NCBI GenBank assembly: GCA_025210485.1
Contig: JAOARN010000132.1
Location: forward strand, 382 to 64,381
From: Marinifilaceae bacterium
Lineage (GTDB): Bacteria > Bacteroidota > Bacteroidia > Bacteroidales > Marinifilaceae
Direction of reading: 5' to 3'
DNA: 64,000 nucleotides
Shown: in pieces, positions 20,064 to 30,649 of the stretch
Position numbering within the stretch: the first letter of the stretch is position 1
Layout of the letters: each line of letters opens with the position of its first letter
Notes under the pieces: model-generated
Told to the model about the DNA's origin: nothing
Databases searched by the model: none
The model's input: only the letters and a program-made list of their open reading frames with translations
Program-made: the position numbers and the translations under genes

Positions 20064-20882
20064 TTAAACAGCTACACTGTAGTCTCTTAATGCATCATTC
20101 AGTGATGTTTTTTTATTGGTAGATTCTTTGCGTTTTCCAATGATTAGGGCACAAGGAACTTGATATTCTCCTGCTGGGAATTTTTTAGTTGTTGTTCCTG
20201 GGATAACAACTGATCTAGCTGGAACAATTCCCTTGTATTCAACGGGTTCATCCCCTGTCACATCTATTATTTTGGTTGATGCTGTTATCACTACATTAGC
20301 TCCTAGAACAGCTTCTTTTTCGACTTTAACTCCTTCTACAACTATACATCTTGAACCTATGAAACAATCGTCTTCGATAATGACTGGAGCTGCTTGAATT
20401 GGTTCTAAAACGCCTCCAATTCCTACACCACCGCTTAGATGAACATTTTTACCTATTTGTGCACATGATCCAACAGTAGCCCAAGTATCCACCATGGTTC
20501 CTTGATCAACATAAGCACCAATATTAACATAGGAAGGCATCATAACCACATCTTTTGCTAGAAAAGCACCATATCTAGAGACTGCATGAGGTACTACCCT
20601 AACTCCTAGTTCTGCATAGTTCTTTTTAAGTGCCATTTTATCATGAAATTCGAAAGGGCCAACTTCTATTGTTTCCATTTTTCGGATAGGGAAATAAAGA
20701 ATAACAGCTTTCTTTACCCATTCATTTACTTGCCAGCCTTCGTTTGTTGGTTCTGCAGTTCTGAGTTCTCCTTTGTCGAGCATTTCTATGATTTGCTCTA
20801 TGCTTTGTATTGTTTTTTCTTCTTTTAGAAGTTCTCTATTGTCCCAAGCTTTTTCTATGATCGATCTTAATTCGTTATGCAT
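20064..20882 (-). CDS. dapD: 2,3,4,5-tetrahydropyridine-2,6-dicarboxylate N-succinyltransferase
   Basis: 272 aa. Hexapeptide-repeat core plus a DapD-type N-terminal domain, Bacteroidota length class. Confidence 0.85.
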   Translation of the reverse strand: MHNELRSIIEKAWDNRELLKEEKTIQSIEQIIEMLDKGELRTAEPTNEGWQVNEWVKKAVILYFPIRKMETIEVGPFEFHDKMALKKNYAELGVRVVPHAVSRYGAFLAKDVVMMPSYVNIGAYVDQGTMVDTWATVGSCAQIGKNVHLSGGVGIGGVLEPIQAAPVIIEDDCFIGSRCIVVEGVKVEKEAVLGANVVITASTKIIDVTGDEPVEYKGIVPARSVVIPGTTTKKFPAGEYQVPCALIIGKRKESTNKKTSLNDALRDYSVAV

Positions 20883-21232
20883 TTCTGGTATATCTGTTTT
20901 TTGAAACTGTGTTAATTATTAATCCTTTATATCTTGAAAAGTAAGATGTTAAAATTTAAGCAAACAGATATTTTATTCTGTTTTTGTTTTGTATTTTAAT
21001 CATGTGATGTTCACCTAATTATATGCAATGCTTAGTTTTAATCATTTAACTTATTCAATAGAATTTCTATAGCTCACAAATCTAATTTATTTAAACAAAT
21101 TGACAATATATTTTAATCAAACTTTTATTGAATTTGTCAATAGCTATATAGTTAATTATCAAATAAGATAGAGATTATTCCTTTGTAAAACACCTCTCCT
21201 TCTTTAAGCTAATTACTTGTTTAGCTATTGCT

Positions 21233-21262
21233 AATGAGATTATTTAGCTAAATAGTCTCATT
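21233..21262. repeat. 30-bp near-perfect palindrome
   Basis: AATGAGATTATTTAG|CTAAATAGTCTCATT. The arms are 15 nt with one T/G mismatch. Confidence 0.9.
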
Positions 21263-21384
21263 GTTAAGCTCTGTTTAAAGTATATTAAATAACTGATTGG
21301 ATCTTATTTCAGGTACAATGTAATTTGAATGATATTTACCATTAAACTACTTGTTTGGATAGTTCTAATATAATGATAGATAAT

Positions 21385-23943
21385 TTACATCGAATTCAAA
21401 TCTTGTTCAATTTGTTTGATTACTTCGCGCGATTTGATAATAACTTTATCGACCAATATATTAATTCTGCCTTGTTCGATTTCGCTTCCGTGCAATATAT
21501 CCTCTAGTTCTGCCAGATTTTCAATTATTTTATTTATTTTCAATTGTCTATACGAACTTAGCATTCTGTGAGCCAATTGGCCCAGCTTCTCATTTTCTTG
21601 AACTTTATTTAGCCTTCTTAATTCTGATATTTGATTTTTAGTAGATGAGATAAACTCAACTAATATATTAGCAATTAATTCCTGTTGATTTCCTGTGAAT
21701 TTAATTAATTCTTCTATACAATAGTCCTTGTTTTCTTTGATTCTGGGTGATGATTCTTTTATTTTCTCAATCTTTTTAGTAATTCTCGATTCTTTAATAT
21801 TTTCTATTAATTTATTACTTGATTTTGTTAAATGTTTGTTTAAAAGACTCAATAATTTAATGTCATCTACAGGTTTTATAAGGTAGTCACTTATATTTAG
21901 ATCTTTATATCTTTCTTTTTCTGATTCACGAATGTTTGCAGTAACTAAAATAAATGGAATGTCTTGATTGTCCGAACTTTCACGAATTAGTTTGCAAAAT
22001 TCAACACCTGTTATCTTAGGCATATTGAAGTCTGAAATAACTATATCGTATTTTTTAGATATAAAATCTTTCCAGGCTAATTCGGAACAGTTAAAAAACT
22101 CTGCATCGATTCCCCAATATTCAAATATAGTTTTGAATAGAAGTAAGCTATATTCATGATCATCTACAACCAGAATTTTAGAGCTTTTTATTTGATCTAA
22201 ATTTAGTTCATTATTTGTGGTCGATTCTAATTTCTCGTCTTTGGCTTCATCCATTATAAATGAAAAACTAAAGCAAGAACCCTCCCCGTAGGTACTGCTA
22301 GCTTTTAATTCTCCTCCCATCATATTGGTTAGTCTTCTGCTGATTGAAAGTCCTAAACCAGTGCCTCCAAATTTACGAGCCAAATTAGTATCAGCTTGAT
22401 TGAAATTATCAAATATTTTTTCCAATTTATTTTCCTGAATACCTATGCCAGTGTCAATTACTTGAATCTCAAAACGGAATTTATCTTCCTCTCGTAGTAT
22501 CTTCGCAACAATATCTACTTTACCTATTTCTGTGAATTTAATGGCATTTGAACATAAATTCAGCAAAATTTGTCGTATCCTGAAAGGATCGCCCATGAGT
22601 TTAAGTTTGGTAAAACCTTCAATAGAATTATTGAATCCAATTTCTTTTTGGATTGCATTGGTCTTCATTAGATTGTATACATCTAAAACCAATTGTTGAG
22701 GTGAAAAACTAATTCGCTCTAATCGTAGTTTTCCAGCTTCTATTTTCGATAAATCTAGAATATCGTTCACCAAGTTGAGTAAATGATTTGATGAGGTTTT
22801 AAGAATAGATATGTATTTTTCTTGTTTCTCCGAAAAATCTGTTTTTTCTAATTGATTAGTAAATCCAACAATAGAATTTAGAGGAGTTCGAATTTCATGA
22901 GACATTGTTGCCAAGAATTCTTCTTTTGTTTTGGCAAGACTTTCTGCTTTCAGTTTAGCATCGATGAGTTCTTTTCTGTAGAAATTTCTTTTTGATATAT
23001 CACGGAATACAAATATCAAGAACAGTATTCCTATAACAAGCCCAAGGCTTATTATAAGAGATATGAAAAGTATGCTTTTTTGTGCCGTTTTTTTTGCATT
23101 ATTAGCTCTTGATTTGTTTTGTTCAATTCTTTTATTTTCAAATCTTTCGACTAGAATATTTATTTTAGACCAAAGCGATCGCCCTTCAATGATTAAGCCT
23201 AGTTCTTTTCGTATTAATTTGATTTTCATTTCGCTATGTTTGTTGACCGCATCAGTAACTAGGTCAACAAATTGAAATAAAACAGAATCAGGTTCAACAT
23301 TTATGCTAGAATCAACTTTAATATCTGTTCGTTTAATAATAGATTTTAAAGTATCAACTTTAAATGATTCCTTTTTTGAAAATAATCTCGCAAAAAAACC
23401 TTTGCGTTTCTCTTTTATCTTTTTCTCATGAACAATGGTATCAAAGTATGTTTTTGTAGTAGTTGTTGTCTTAACTTTCGTTGTTATCGAATCAGAAACT
23501 TCTTTTTGGTATTCTTTTATATCACTACTCGAATATGTTTCTTGTTCAATTTTGCGTTTATACCTAACAAAACTATTAAGATGTATTACTCTTGTTACTA
23601 ATAAAGAGTGAATAGAGTCAAGGTATAGATGAGCGAGGCTATCTTTCTGATTGTAAAACTTTAAACTATCAATATGGCAAAGTATACCTTTTATATCATT
23701 TTTACACGCATGAAGATATTTGTCCTCTTTGACCAATGAGTAAATTCTCATCTTGTTTTCAGCAACAGAAACTAAGTTTATAAGCTTGTTTATTTTACTT
23801 ATTTCTTTGTCAGGCAAAGAAATTTCCGATACAGAGCTAATTAAAGATTTATATGTACTGTAGGCAATATACAAAGCACCAGACATTGATGCAATAATCA
23901 GAATATAGCCCAGTGTGATTTTTAGTCTTGTATAATATTTCAT
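21385..23943 (-). CDS. hybrid sensor histidine kinase / response regulator with C-terminal HPt domain
   Basis: 852 aa. Two TM segments flank a ~270-aa sensor region. H-box SHEIRTPLNSI, G-box GGTGLGLSI, receiver (VVDDHE..DFNMPKITG..K), HPt (LAHRMLSSYRQL). Confidence 0.9.
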   Translation of the reverse strand: MKYYTRLKITLGYILIIASMSGALYIAYSTYKSLISSVSEISLPDKEISKINKLINLVSVAENKMRIYSLVKEDKYLHACKNDIKGILCHIDSLKFYNQKDSLAHLYLDSIHSLLVTRVIHLNSFVRYKRKIEQETYSSSDIKEYQKEVSDSITTKVKTTTTTKTYFDTIVHEKKIKEKRKGFFARLFSKKESFKVDTLKSIIKRTDIKVDSSINVEPDSVLFQFVDLVTDAVNKHSEMKIKLIRKELGLIIEGRSLWSKINILVERFENKRIEQNKSRANNAKKTAQKSILFISLIISLGLVIGILFLIFVFRDISKRNFYRKELIDAKLKAESLAKTKEEFLATMSHEIRTPLNSIVGFTNQLEKTDFSEKQEKYISILKTSSNHLLNLVNDILDLSKIEAGKLRLERISFSPQQLVLDVYNLMKTNAIQKEIGFNNSIEGFTKLKLMGDPFRIRQILLNLCSNAIKFTEIGKVDIVAKILREEDKFRFEIQVIDTGIGIQENKLEKIFDNFNQADTNLARKFGGTGLGLSISRRLTNMMGGELKASSTYGEGSCFSFSFIMDEAKDEKLESTTNNELNLDQIKSSKILVVDDHEYSLLLFKTIFEYWGIDAEFFNCSELAWKDFISKKYDIVISDFNMPKITGVEFCKLIRESSDNQDIPFILVTANIRESEKERYKDLNISDYLIKPVDDIKLLSLLNKHLTKSSNKLIENIKESRITKKIEKIKESSPRIKENKDYCIEELIKFTGNQQELIANILVEFISSTKNQISELRRLNKVQENEKLGQLAHRMLSSYRQLKINKIIENLAELEDILHGSEIEQGRINILVDKVIIKSREVIKQIEQDLNSM

Positions 23944-24062
23944 GTTGTTGCTTAGAGTTTATCTCTTTTGTTCGATTTTATATCCCAAATATACCTTTTA
24001 TTTAGAATTAATCAGATTGGAAATAAAAAACGATAAGAATAGAGGTGAAAATGAAATAAAGT

Positions 24063-24074
24063 TTGCCAATCGCA
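24063..24074. repeat. left arm of a perfect 12-bp inverted repeat (TTGCCAATCGCA)
   Basis: Exact reverse complement of 24209-24220. Confidence 0.9.
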
Positions 24075-24208
24075 GTAGCTTACTATATTAAAATATATTT
24101 GGAAAAATTAAGAAATACTATATCGTATTAATTGTTAGGTGTACGTTAATTATAGCTATAATACTAATATCAATTAAAAATGAAAACAAACTATAAAATG
24201 CAAGCCTT

Positions 24209-24220
24209 TGCGATTGGCAA
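24209..24220. repeat. right arm of a perfect 12-bp inverted repeat (TGCGATTGGCAA)
   Basis: Exact reverse complement of 24063-24074. A third half-site, ATTGGCAA, lies at 24414-24421. Confidence 0.9.
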
Positions 24221-24764
24221 TAAAGAAAACTATAAGAAAATTAAAATATTTTTTACAATAATTTTATGTAAATAACAATAGGTGCTTAAATCATCATAAT
24301 TATATTTAAATTAATTAACAATAATAGAATCAGCAAAGCTACTCAGTTAATTCTAGAAATGTTAAAATGCACCCATTCAACAATTACAGTTCAAAATTAT
24401 TAATTTATTTCGTATTGGCAAAATAAAATGGGGAAAAAATACACAGTTTTTGTGTATCTGATACACAGTATATAATTTGATTAAAATTTATTATATATAT
24501 CTAAGTTGTTAATAATATGTTTGATATAAAAAATAGACTTAAGTCATGAATGGCAAAAGTCTTTTGGCACAATATTTACATATATCATTCTTGTAGCGGT
24601 ATTCAATATTGCTTGGGACAACGATTTATTTTTGAAGCTGAATTTTCTAATTTGAATGCTATTCATTTAGACTTTGTTGTCTATATATTTACAAAATACA
24701 AACAAACAAACATTCTTCTTTTTATTAATTTTTTAAATTAGTCTAACTTAAACAAAGGTCTAGA

Positions 24765-25787
24765 ATGAAGGTATGTTTAAAAAAATGTTTAGTATTGGTT
24801 GTGTTTGTTTTGCCTTTTCTTGTTTCATGCAATAGAAGCCAGATTAAACAATTAAAACAACAAAATCTTGAGTTGTCAGAGGCGATTGAAACTCAGAGTA
24901 GAACGGTCAATGGATTTATTAATACTCTGAATTCAATAGAAAGTAACTTAGCTCTGATAAAAGAGAAAGAAAATATCCTTTCAGTTGGAGGATATGGTGG
25001 CGATCCTTTTTTTAAGAATAAAATTGAGAGGGATATGATAGCTATAAGACAAACTCTTAAAGCTAATAAGAAAAGAATTTTGGAGCTTGAAGCTGAGTTG
25101 GCTAAAGAAAAAGCAAAAAATATTGAACCCGACACTTCTAAAATTCAAGAACCTACGGACTTGAAAAATGATGAAGAAGTTGAGCGCTTGAAGATTGAGG
25201 TAGCGCAAAAGAACAATAAGCTTAATGATATTGCTAAAGAAATTGTAGGCTACAGAAAAAATATTGCAAACCTAAACAAAAGTATAGGGATGCTAAAGAA
25301 AAAGGTTGAACTTCTGCAAGTTGATAATGATAATAAGAAAATCAGAATCGATAGTTTGGAGAAGGATTTGGTTGTAAAAGGTTCGACCATTGCAAATCTA
25401 GGTAAGTTAGTTGATTCTCTGAAAAACAAGAAGCCTCAAGAACCTAGCAAACCTGAAAAGAAAGATGATAATTCTTGGTATTATGTGATAGCAAAAGAAC
25501 AAGATCTTATCAGTAAAAATATATTAGTGAAAAAATCAGATAAATTAGAATTATCTGAAAAAATGAGTGATACTGCCTTGGCAGCATTCACAAAAGTAGA
25601 AAAAGGAACCGATGTCGGAATGTTGAAGACAGCAAAAGGAGTGAAGGTGATATCGATTTATCCTAGTTTTACAAAAGGAACATTTAGAGCTGGATACAAT
25701 AAAAAAGAGAAAGCTTGTTGGTTCCAAGTAACGAATAAAGATGAATTTTGGTCAAAATCAAAATATTTGGTTATTTGTGAAAAGTAA
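24765..25787 (+). CDS. coiled-coil lipoprotein, function unknown
   Basis: 340 aa. Lipobox FLVSCN. About 200 aa of heptad-like K/E/L-rich sequence. Terminator downstream. Confidence 0.7.
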   Translation: MKVCLKKCLVLVVFVLPFLVSCNRSQIKQLKQQNLELSEAIETQSRTVNGFINTLNSIESNLALIKEKENILSVGGYGGDPFFKNKIERDMIAIRQTLKANKKRILELEAELAKEKAKNIEPDTSKIQEPTDLKNDEEVERLKIEVAQKNNKLNDIAKEIVGYRKNIANLNKSIGMLKKKVELLQVDNDNKKIRIDSLEKDLVVKGSTIANLGKLVDSLKNKKPQEPSKPEKKDDNSWYYVIAKEQDLISKNILVKKSDKLELSEKMSDTALAAFTKVEKGTDVGMLKTAKGVKVISIYPSFTKGTFRAGYNKKEKACWFQVTNKDEFWSKSKYLVICEK

Positions 25788-25829
25788 AAACAAATAACTA
25801 AACCATGGTTGAGTTTTAAGGTTGTCCCT

Positions 25830-25868
25830 TGAGAGGTTGTTTCAGCATAACAGCCTCTCATTTTTTTT
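25830..25868 (+). terminator. rho-independent terminator
   Basis: TGAGAGGTTGTT / AACAGCCTCTCA stem followed by T8. Confidence 0.7.
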
Positions 25869-25873
25869 ATAAA

Positions 25874-26449
25874 CTATTTTATAGATTTCATAAAAACATC
25901 TTCAAGTACCTTAGGGAAAAATTCATATTCTAATTCATGAACCTTATTTGCTAAGGACTCTGCATCATCATTTTTGTCTACAGTGCATTTGTGTTGGCTT
26001 ATATACTCACCTTCGTCGTAGTTTTCATTCACATAGTGAATTGTGATACCACTCTCCCTTTCCTTGTTTTCAATTACAGCATTGTGTACATTCATACCAT
26101 ACATTCCTTTGCCTCCGTAATTAGGTAATAATGCAGGATGAATATTAATTATTTTATTAGGAAATTTGTCAATTAATATTTTTGGAACTAATAATAAGAA
26201 ACCTGCTAAAACAACAAAATCAATATTTCTTTCATTTAGGTATTTTAACATTTTATCTTCCGATTTCATCTCTGATTTGTTAAAAATTTTAAAATCGATG
26301 TTTAATTTTTCAGCTCTTTTTATAACATAAGCATTAGGATTATTGGTAATAATGCAATCAATATTTACTAATTGATTTGCTTTGAAATAGTTAGCTATAT
26401 TTTCAGCGTTAGAACCTGAACCTGAGGCTAGTATGGCAATATTTATCAT
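25874..26449 (-). CDS. purN: phosphoribosylglycinamide formyltransferase
   Basis: 191 aa. ILASGSGSN, NIHPALLP..GG, HYV..YDEG. Confidence 0.9.
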   Translation of the reverse strand: MINIAILASGSGSNAENIANYFKANQLVNIDCIITNNPNAYVIKRAEKLNIDFKIFNKSEMKSEDKMLKYLNERNIDFVVLAGFLLLVPKILIDKFPNKIINIHPALLPNYGGKGMYGMNVHNAVIENKERESGITIHYVNENYDEGEYISQHKCTVDKNDDAESLANKVHELEYEFFPKVLEDVFMKSIK

Positions 26450-26538
26450 CTCTTAAATCTTGTTTTTTGTGATAAGGTAAAATGTTAAATTTAAAATTAA
26501 CTTCAAAAAAATTTTGGACAAATGGAAAAACAATTACC

Positions 26539-26569
26539 TTTGCCACAACTTTGTAAAAAAATATTTTTG
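26539..26569 (+). promoter_or_regulatory. candidate Bacteroidota sigma-A promoter for acpP-fabF-rnc
   Basis: TTTG (26539-26542), then 19 nt, then TATTTTTG (26562-26569). This matches the TTTG-N19-21-TAnnTTTG consensus. It lies 75 nt upstream of the acpP ATG. Confidence 0.4.
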
Positions 26570-26643
26570 AATTATAATGCTTAAATTGTTTCTTTGCAAA
26601 GTTAAAAATTATTTAAATATTAAATCACTTAAAATTTAAAGTT

Positions 26644-26880
26644 ATGTCTGATATTGCATCAAGAGTTAAAGCAATTATTGTTGACAAATTAGGAGTAGAT
26701 GAAACAGAGGTTACTCCAGAGGCAAGCTTCACTAACGACTTAGGAGCTGACTCATTAGATACAGTTGAGCTAATTATGGAATTCGAAAAAGAATTCAATA
26801 TTGCAATTCCTGACGATCAAGCAGAAAACATCGGTACTGTAGGTGACGCTGTTTCTTACATTGAGGAAAATGCAAAATAA
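26644..26880 (+). CDS. acpP: acyl carrier protein
   Basis: 78 aa. [11 protein letters not shown] phosphopantetheine site. Confidence 0.95.
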   Translation: MSDIASRVKAIIVDKLGVDETEVTPEASFTNDLGADSLDTVELIMEFEKEFNIAIPDDQAENIGTVGDAVSYIEENAK

Positions 26881-26901
26881 TTAATAACCAGAACCTTTTT
26901 T

Positions 26902-28155
26902 ATGAAATTTAGAAGAGTAGTAGTAACTGGAATCGGAACTATCAATCCAATTGGTAACAATATCCAAGAATACTGGGATAGTTTATCAAATGGAAAAGGT
27001 GGATGTGACAAAATTACACATTTTGACGCATCTAAGTTCAAAACTCAGTTTGCTTGCGAAGTTAAAAATTTCGATCCAAAAGCGCATTTTGATAGAAAAG
27101 AGGCAAGAAAGATTGATTTGTATACTCAGTATGCATTGGTTGCTGTAAAAGAAGCCATTGAGGATTCAAAATTCGATCTTGAAGCTCTTGATATGAAAAA
27201 AGCGGGAGTAATTTGGGGTTCTGGAATCGGCGGAATACAAACGTTTCTTGACGAAGTTAAGGGATTCGCGAACGGGGATGGAACTCCTCGTTTTTCCCCT
27301 TTCTTCATTCCGAAAATGATTTCTGATATTGCAGCCGGTCATATTTCTATGAAATATGGATTCCAGGGACCAAACTACGGTACAGTTTCAGCATGTGCTT
27401 CTTCATCACATGCACTAATTGATGCTTTGAACTATATCCGCTTAGGTAAAGCAGATGTTTTTATCACTGGTGGTTCAGAAGCTTCGATTAATGAAGCAGG
27501 ACTTGGTGGATTTAATTCTATGCAAGCATTGTCAACTAACAACGAAGAGTACAAAACTGCTTCGCGTCCATTCTGTAAAACTAGAGATGGATTTGTTATG
27601 GGTGAAGGTGCTGGATGTTTAATTCTTGAAGAATATGAACATGCAAAAGCACGTGGAGCTAAAATTTATGCAGAATTAGCCGGAGGTGGTATGTCTGCTG
27701 ATGCTTACCATTTAACAGCTACACACCCTGAAGGTAGAGGTGCAATTAATTCAATGTCTCAAGCATTGCAAGACGCTGAATTAAAAGCTGAAGATATTGA
27801 TTATGTGAATGTTCACGGTACTTCAACTCCTGTTGGAGATATTCCTGAAACTAAAGCTGTTCAAACAGTTTTTGGTGAGCATGCATATGATTTGAATATC
27901 AGTTCTACAAAATCAATGACTGGACACTTGCTTGGAGCAGCTGGAGCAATTGAAGCAATTGCTGGTATTCTAGCTATTAAGCACCAAACAGTGCCACCAA
28001 CGATTAATCATAAGGAGCAAGATCCTGAAATCGATGAAAGATTAAACTTAACTCTACACACTGCTCAAAAGCGTGAAATTAGAGCTGTTTTATCTAATAC
28101 TTTCGGTTTCGGTGGACACAATGCTTCAGTAATTTTTAAATCTTTTACTGAGTAA
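26902..28155 (+). CDS. fabF: beta-ketoacyl-ACP synthase II
   Basis: 417 aa. Active-site context SACASSSHA, HGTSTP, GHLLGAAG, FGFGGHN. Confidence 0.95.
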   Translation: MKFRRVVVTGIGTINPIGNNIQEYWDSLSNGKGGCDKITHFDASKFKTQFACEVKNFDPKAHFDRKEARKIDLYTQYALVAVKEAIEDSKFDLEALDMKKAGVIWGSGIGGIQTFLDEVKGFANGDGTPRFSPFFIPKMISDIAAGHISMKYGFQGPNYGTVSACASSSHALIDALNYIRLGKADVFITGGSEASINEAGLGGFNSMQALSTNNEEYKTASRPFCKTRDGFVMGEGAGCLILEEYEHAKARGAKIYAELAGGGMSADAYHLTATHPEGRGAINSMSQALQDAELKAEDIDYVNVHGTSTPVGDIPETKAVQTVFGEHAYDLNISSTKSMTGHLLGAAGAIEAIAGILAIKHQTVPPTINHKEQDPEIDERLNLTLHTAQKREIRAVLSNTFGFGGHNASVIFKSFTE

Positions 28156-28159
28156 TATA

Positions 28160-28894
28160 GTGTTAAAATCTTTTTTTCAATCCATAAAACTATTTTTCGT
28201 TCCTGAGAAAGAGTTTTATGGATTGTTTGAGTTATTAGGCTTCTACCCTGACAGAACTGATTTATACGAGTTAGCTTTTATTCATAAGTCTGCATCTATA
28301 TACAAAGATGGTATTCACCTTAATAATGAAAGATTAGAATATTTAGGAGATGCTATCCTTGGGGCTGTAATTGCTGATATTTTGTATAAATATTTTCCTA
28401 ACAAGGATGAAGGTTTTCTAACTCAAACACGGTCGAAAATTGTTAGCCGTGAATTTCTAAACAATCTTGCCGATAGAATTGGTCTTCAGAAACATGTTGT
28501 TTCCAATGTAAATCTTAGTTGTAATAAACATATTTTTGGAGATGCCTTTGAAGCATTGATTGGAGCTATATACCTTGACCAAGGTTATTATAAAACTAAA
28601 TTATTTGTCGAAAATGAGGTCTTTAGAAAGTATATCGACCTTGAAACCGTTGTTACGGTAGATAAAAACTATAAGAGCAAATTAATTGAGTGGGCTCAAA
28701 AAATGAAATACGAAATAGAATTTGATACCCGTGAAATGGGACTTGATCGAAATTCTAAAACTTTACAGTTTATATCTGAAATTTCACTTGACAAAGAATT
28801 ACTTGGACGAGGGATTGGAAGTTCAAAAAAAGAAGCCCAACAAAAAGCTGCTTCGGAAGCTTTGGTTAACATTAAGAAACGAGGTTGGGACTAA
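28160..28894 (+). CDS. rnc: ribonuclease III
   Basis: 244 aa, GTG start. NERLEYLGDAILG signature, EALIGAIYLD, C-terminal dsRBD (GSSKKEAQQKAA). Confidence 0.9.
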   Translation: MLKSFFQSIKLFFVPEKEFYGLFELLGFYPDRTDLYELAFIHKSASIYKDGIHLNNERLEYLGDAILGAVIADILYKYFPNKDEGFLTQTRSKIVSREFLNNLADRIGLQKHVVSNVNLSCNKHIFGDAFEALIGAIYLDQGYYKTKLFVENEVFRKYIDLETVVTVDKNYKSKLIEWAQKMKYEIEFDTREMGLDRNSKTLQFISEISLDKELLGRGIGSSKKEAQQKAASEALVNIKKRGWD

Positions 28895-28902
28895 TGTGAA
28901 TT

Positions 28903-28951
28903 AGCAAAATAAATTAGAGCATTAACTTTAATTTATTTTGCTATTTTTTTT
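28903..28951 (+). terminator. terminator after rnc
   Basis: AGCAAAATAAATT ... AATTTATTTTGCT stem followed by a T-run. Confidence 0.65.
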
Positions 28952-28955
28952 GCAC

Positions 28956-28987
28956 AAAAAAACCAATATCGAATATCAATATTGGTT
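28956..28987 (-). terminator. terminator after eno
   Basis: Minus-sense AACCAATAT...ATATTGGTT stem followed by T7. Confidence 0.6.
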
Positions 28988-29013
28988 CTTCTTATATCTA
29001 AAATTATAAGCTA

Positions 29014-30306
<1,293 letters not shown>

Positions 30307-30612
30307 TCAAAATAAATTTTTATTAATACTATTTAGATGTTAAGTAATTAACAAACGAGATATAAAAGTAGATATAATTTATTAATTGAGTGCATATAGA
30401 CCTAAAAAAATCTACGCAAACGTATGCGGTACAGTTGTCTATGGATTTTTATTCAGATTTATAAAAATGAAATCTATGATTAAGCTTATTCGTTATCGCT
30501 TTTTGTAATTTATATTTAAATATGAGTAGGGATTTATTTGTAATGATAAAAATAGCCCTAGAGGAATAATTATGTCTTATTCTATATTTTTAAGCAGAAT
30601 TGAGTGGTTTTT

Positions 30613-30645
30613 TTTAAAAAAAAGGAGCAATTAGCTCCTTTTTTC
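30613..30645 (-). terminator. rho-independent terminator after prfB
   Basis: Minus-sense AAGGAGC-TAATT-GCTCCTT followed by T8. Confidence 0.75.
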
Positions 30646-30649
30646 TGTA

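Noticed and set aside
24180-24275. 31-codon ORF (MKTNYKMQAFAIGNKENYKKIKIFFTIILCK) spanning the right arm of the inverted repeat
   Set aside because: It is too short, has no conservation evidence, and its composition is indistinguishable from the surrounding non-coding DNA.
24564-24580. Sigma-54-like element TTGGCAC-AATAT-TTACA upstream of the lipoprotein gene
   Set aside because: The -24 half is good, but the -12 element is TTAC instead of TTGC. It lies 185 nt from the ATG, and no enhancer-binding protein gene is adjacent.
26450-26643. ZTP/pfl or other purine-related riboswitch upstream of purN
   Set aside because: The region is uniformly AT-rich and lacks the GC-rich conserved cores. The only signal found is a plus-strand promoter consensus for acpP.
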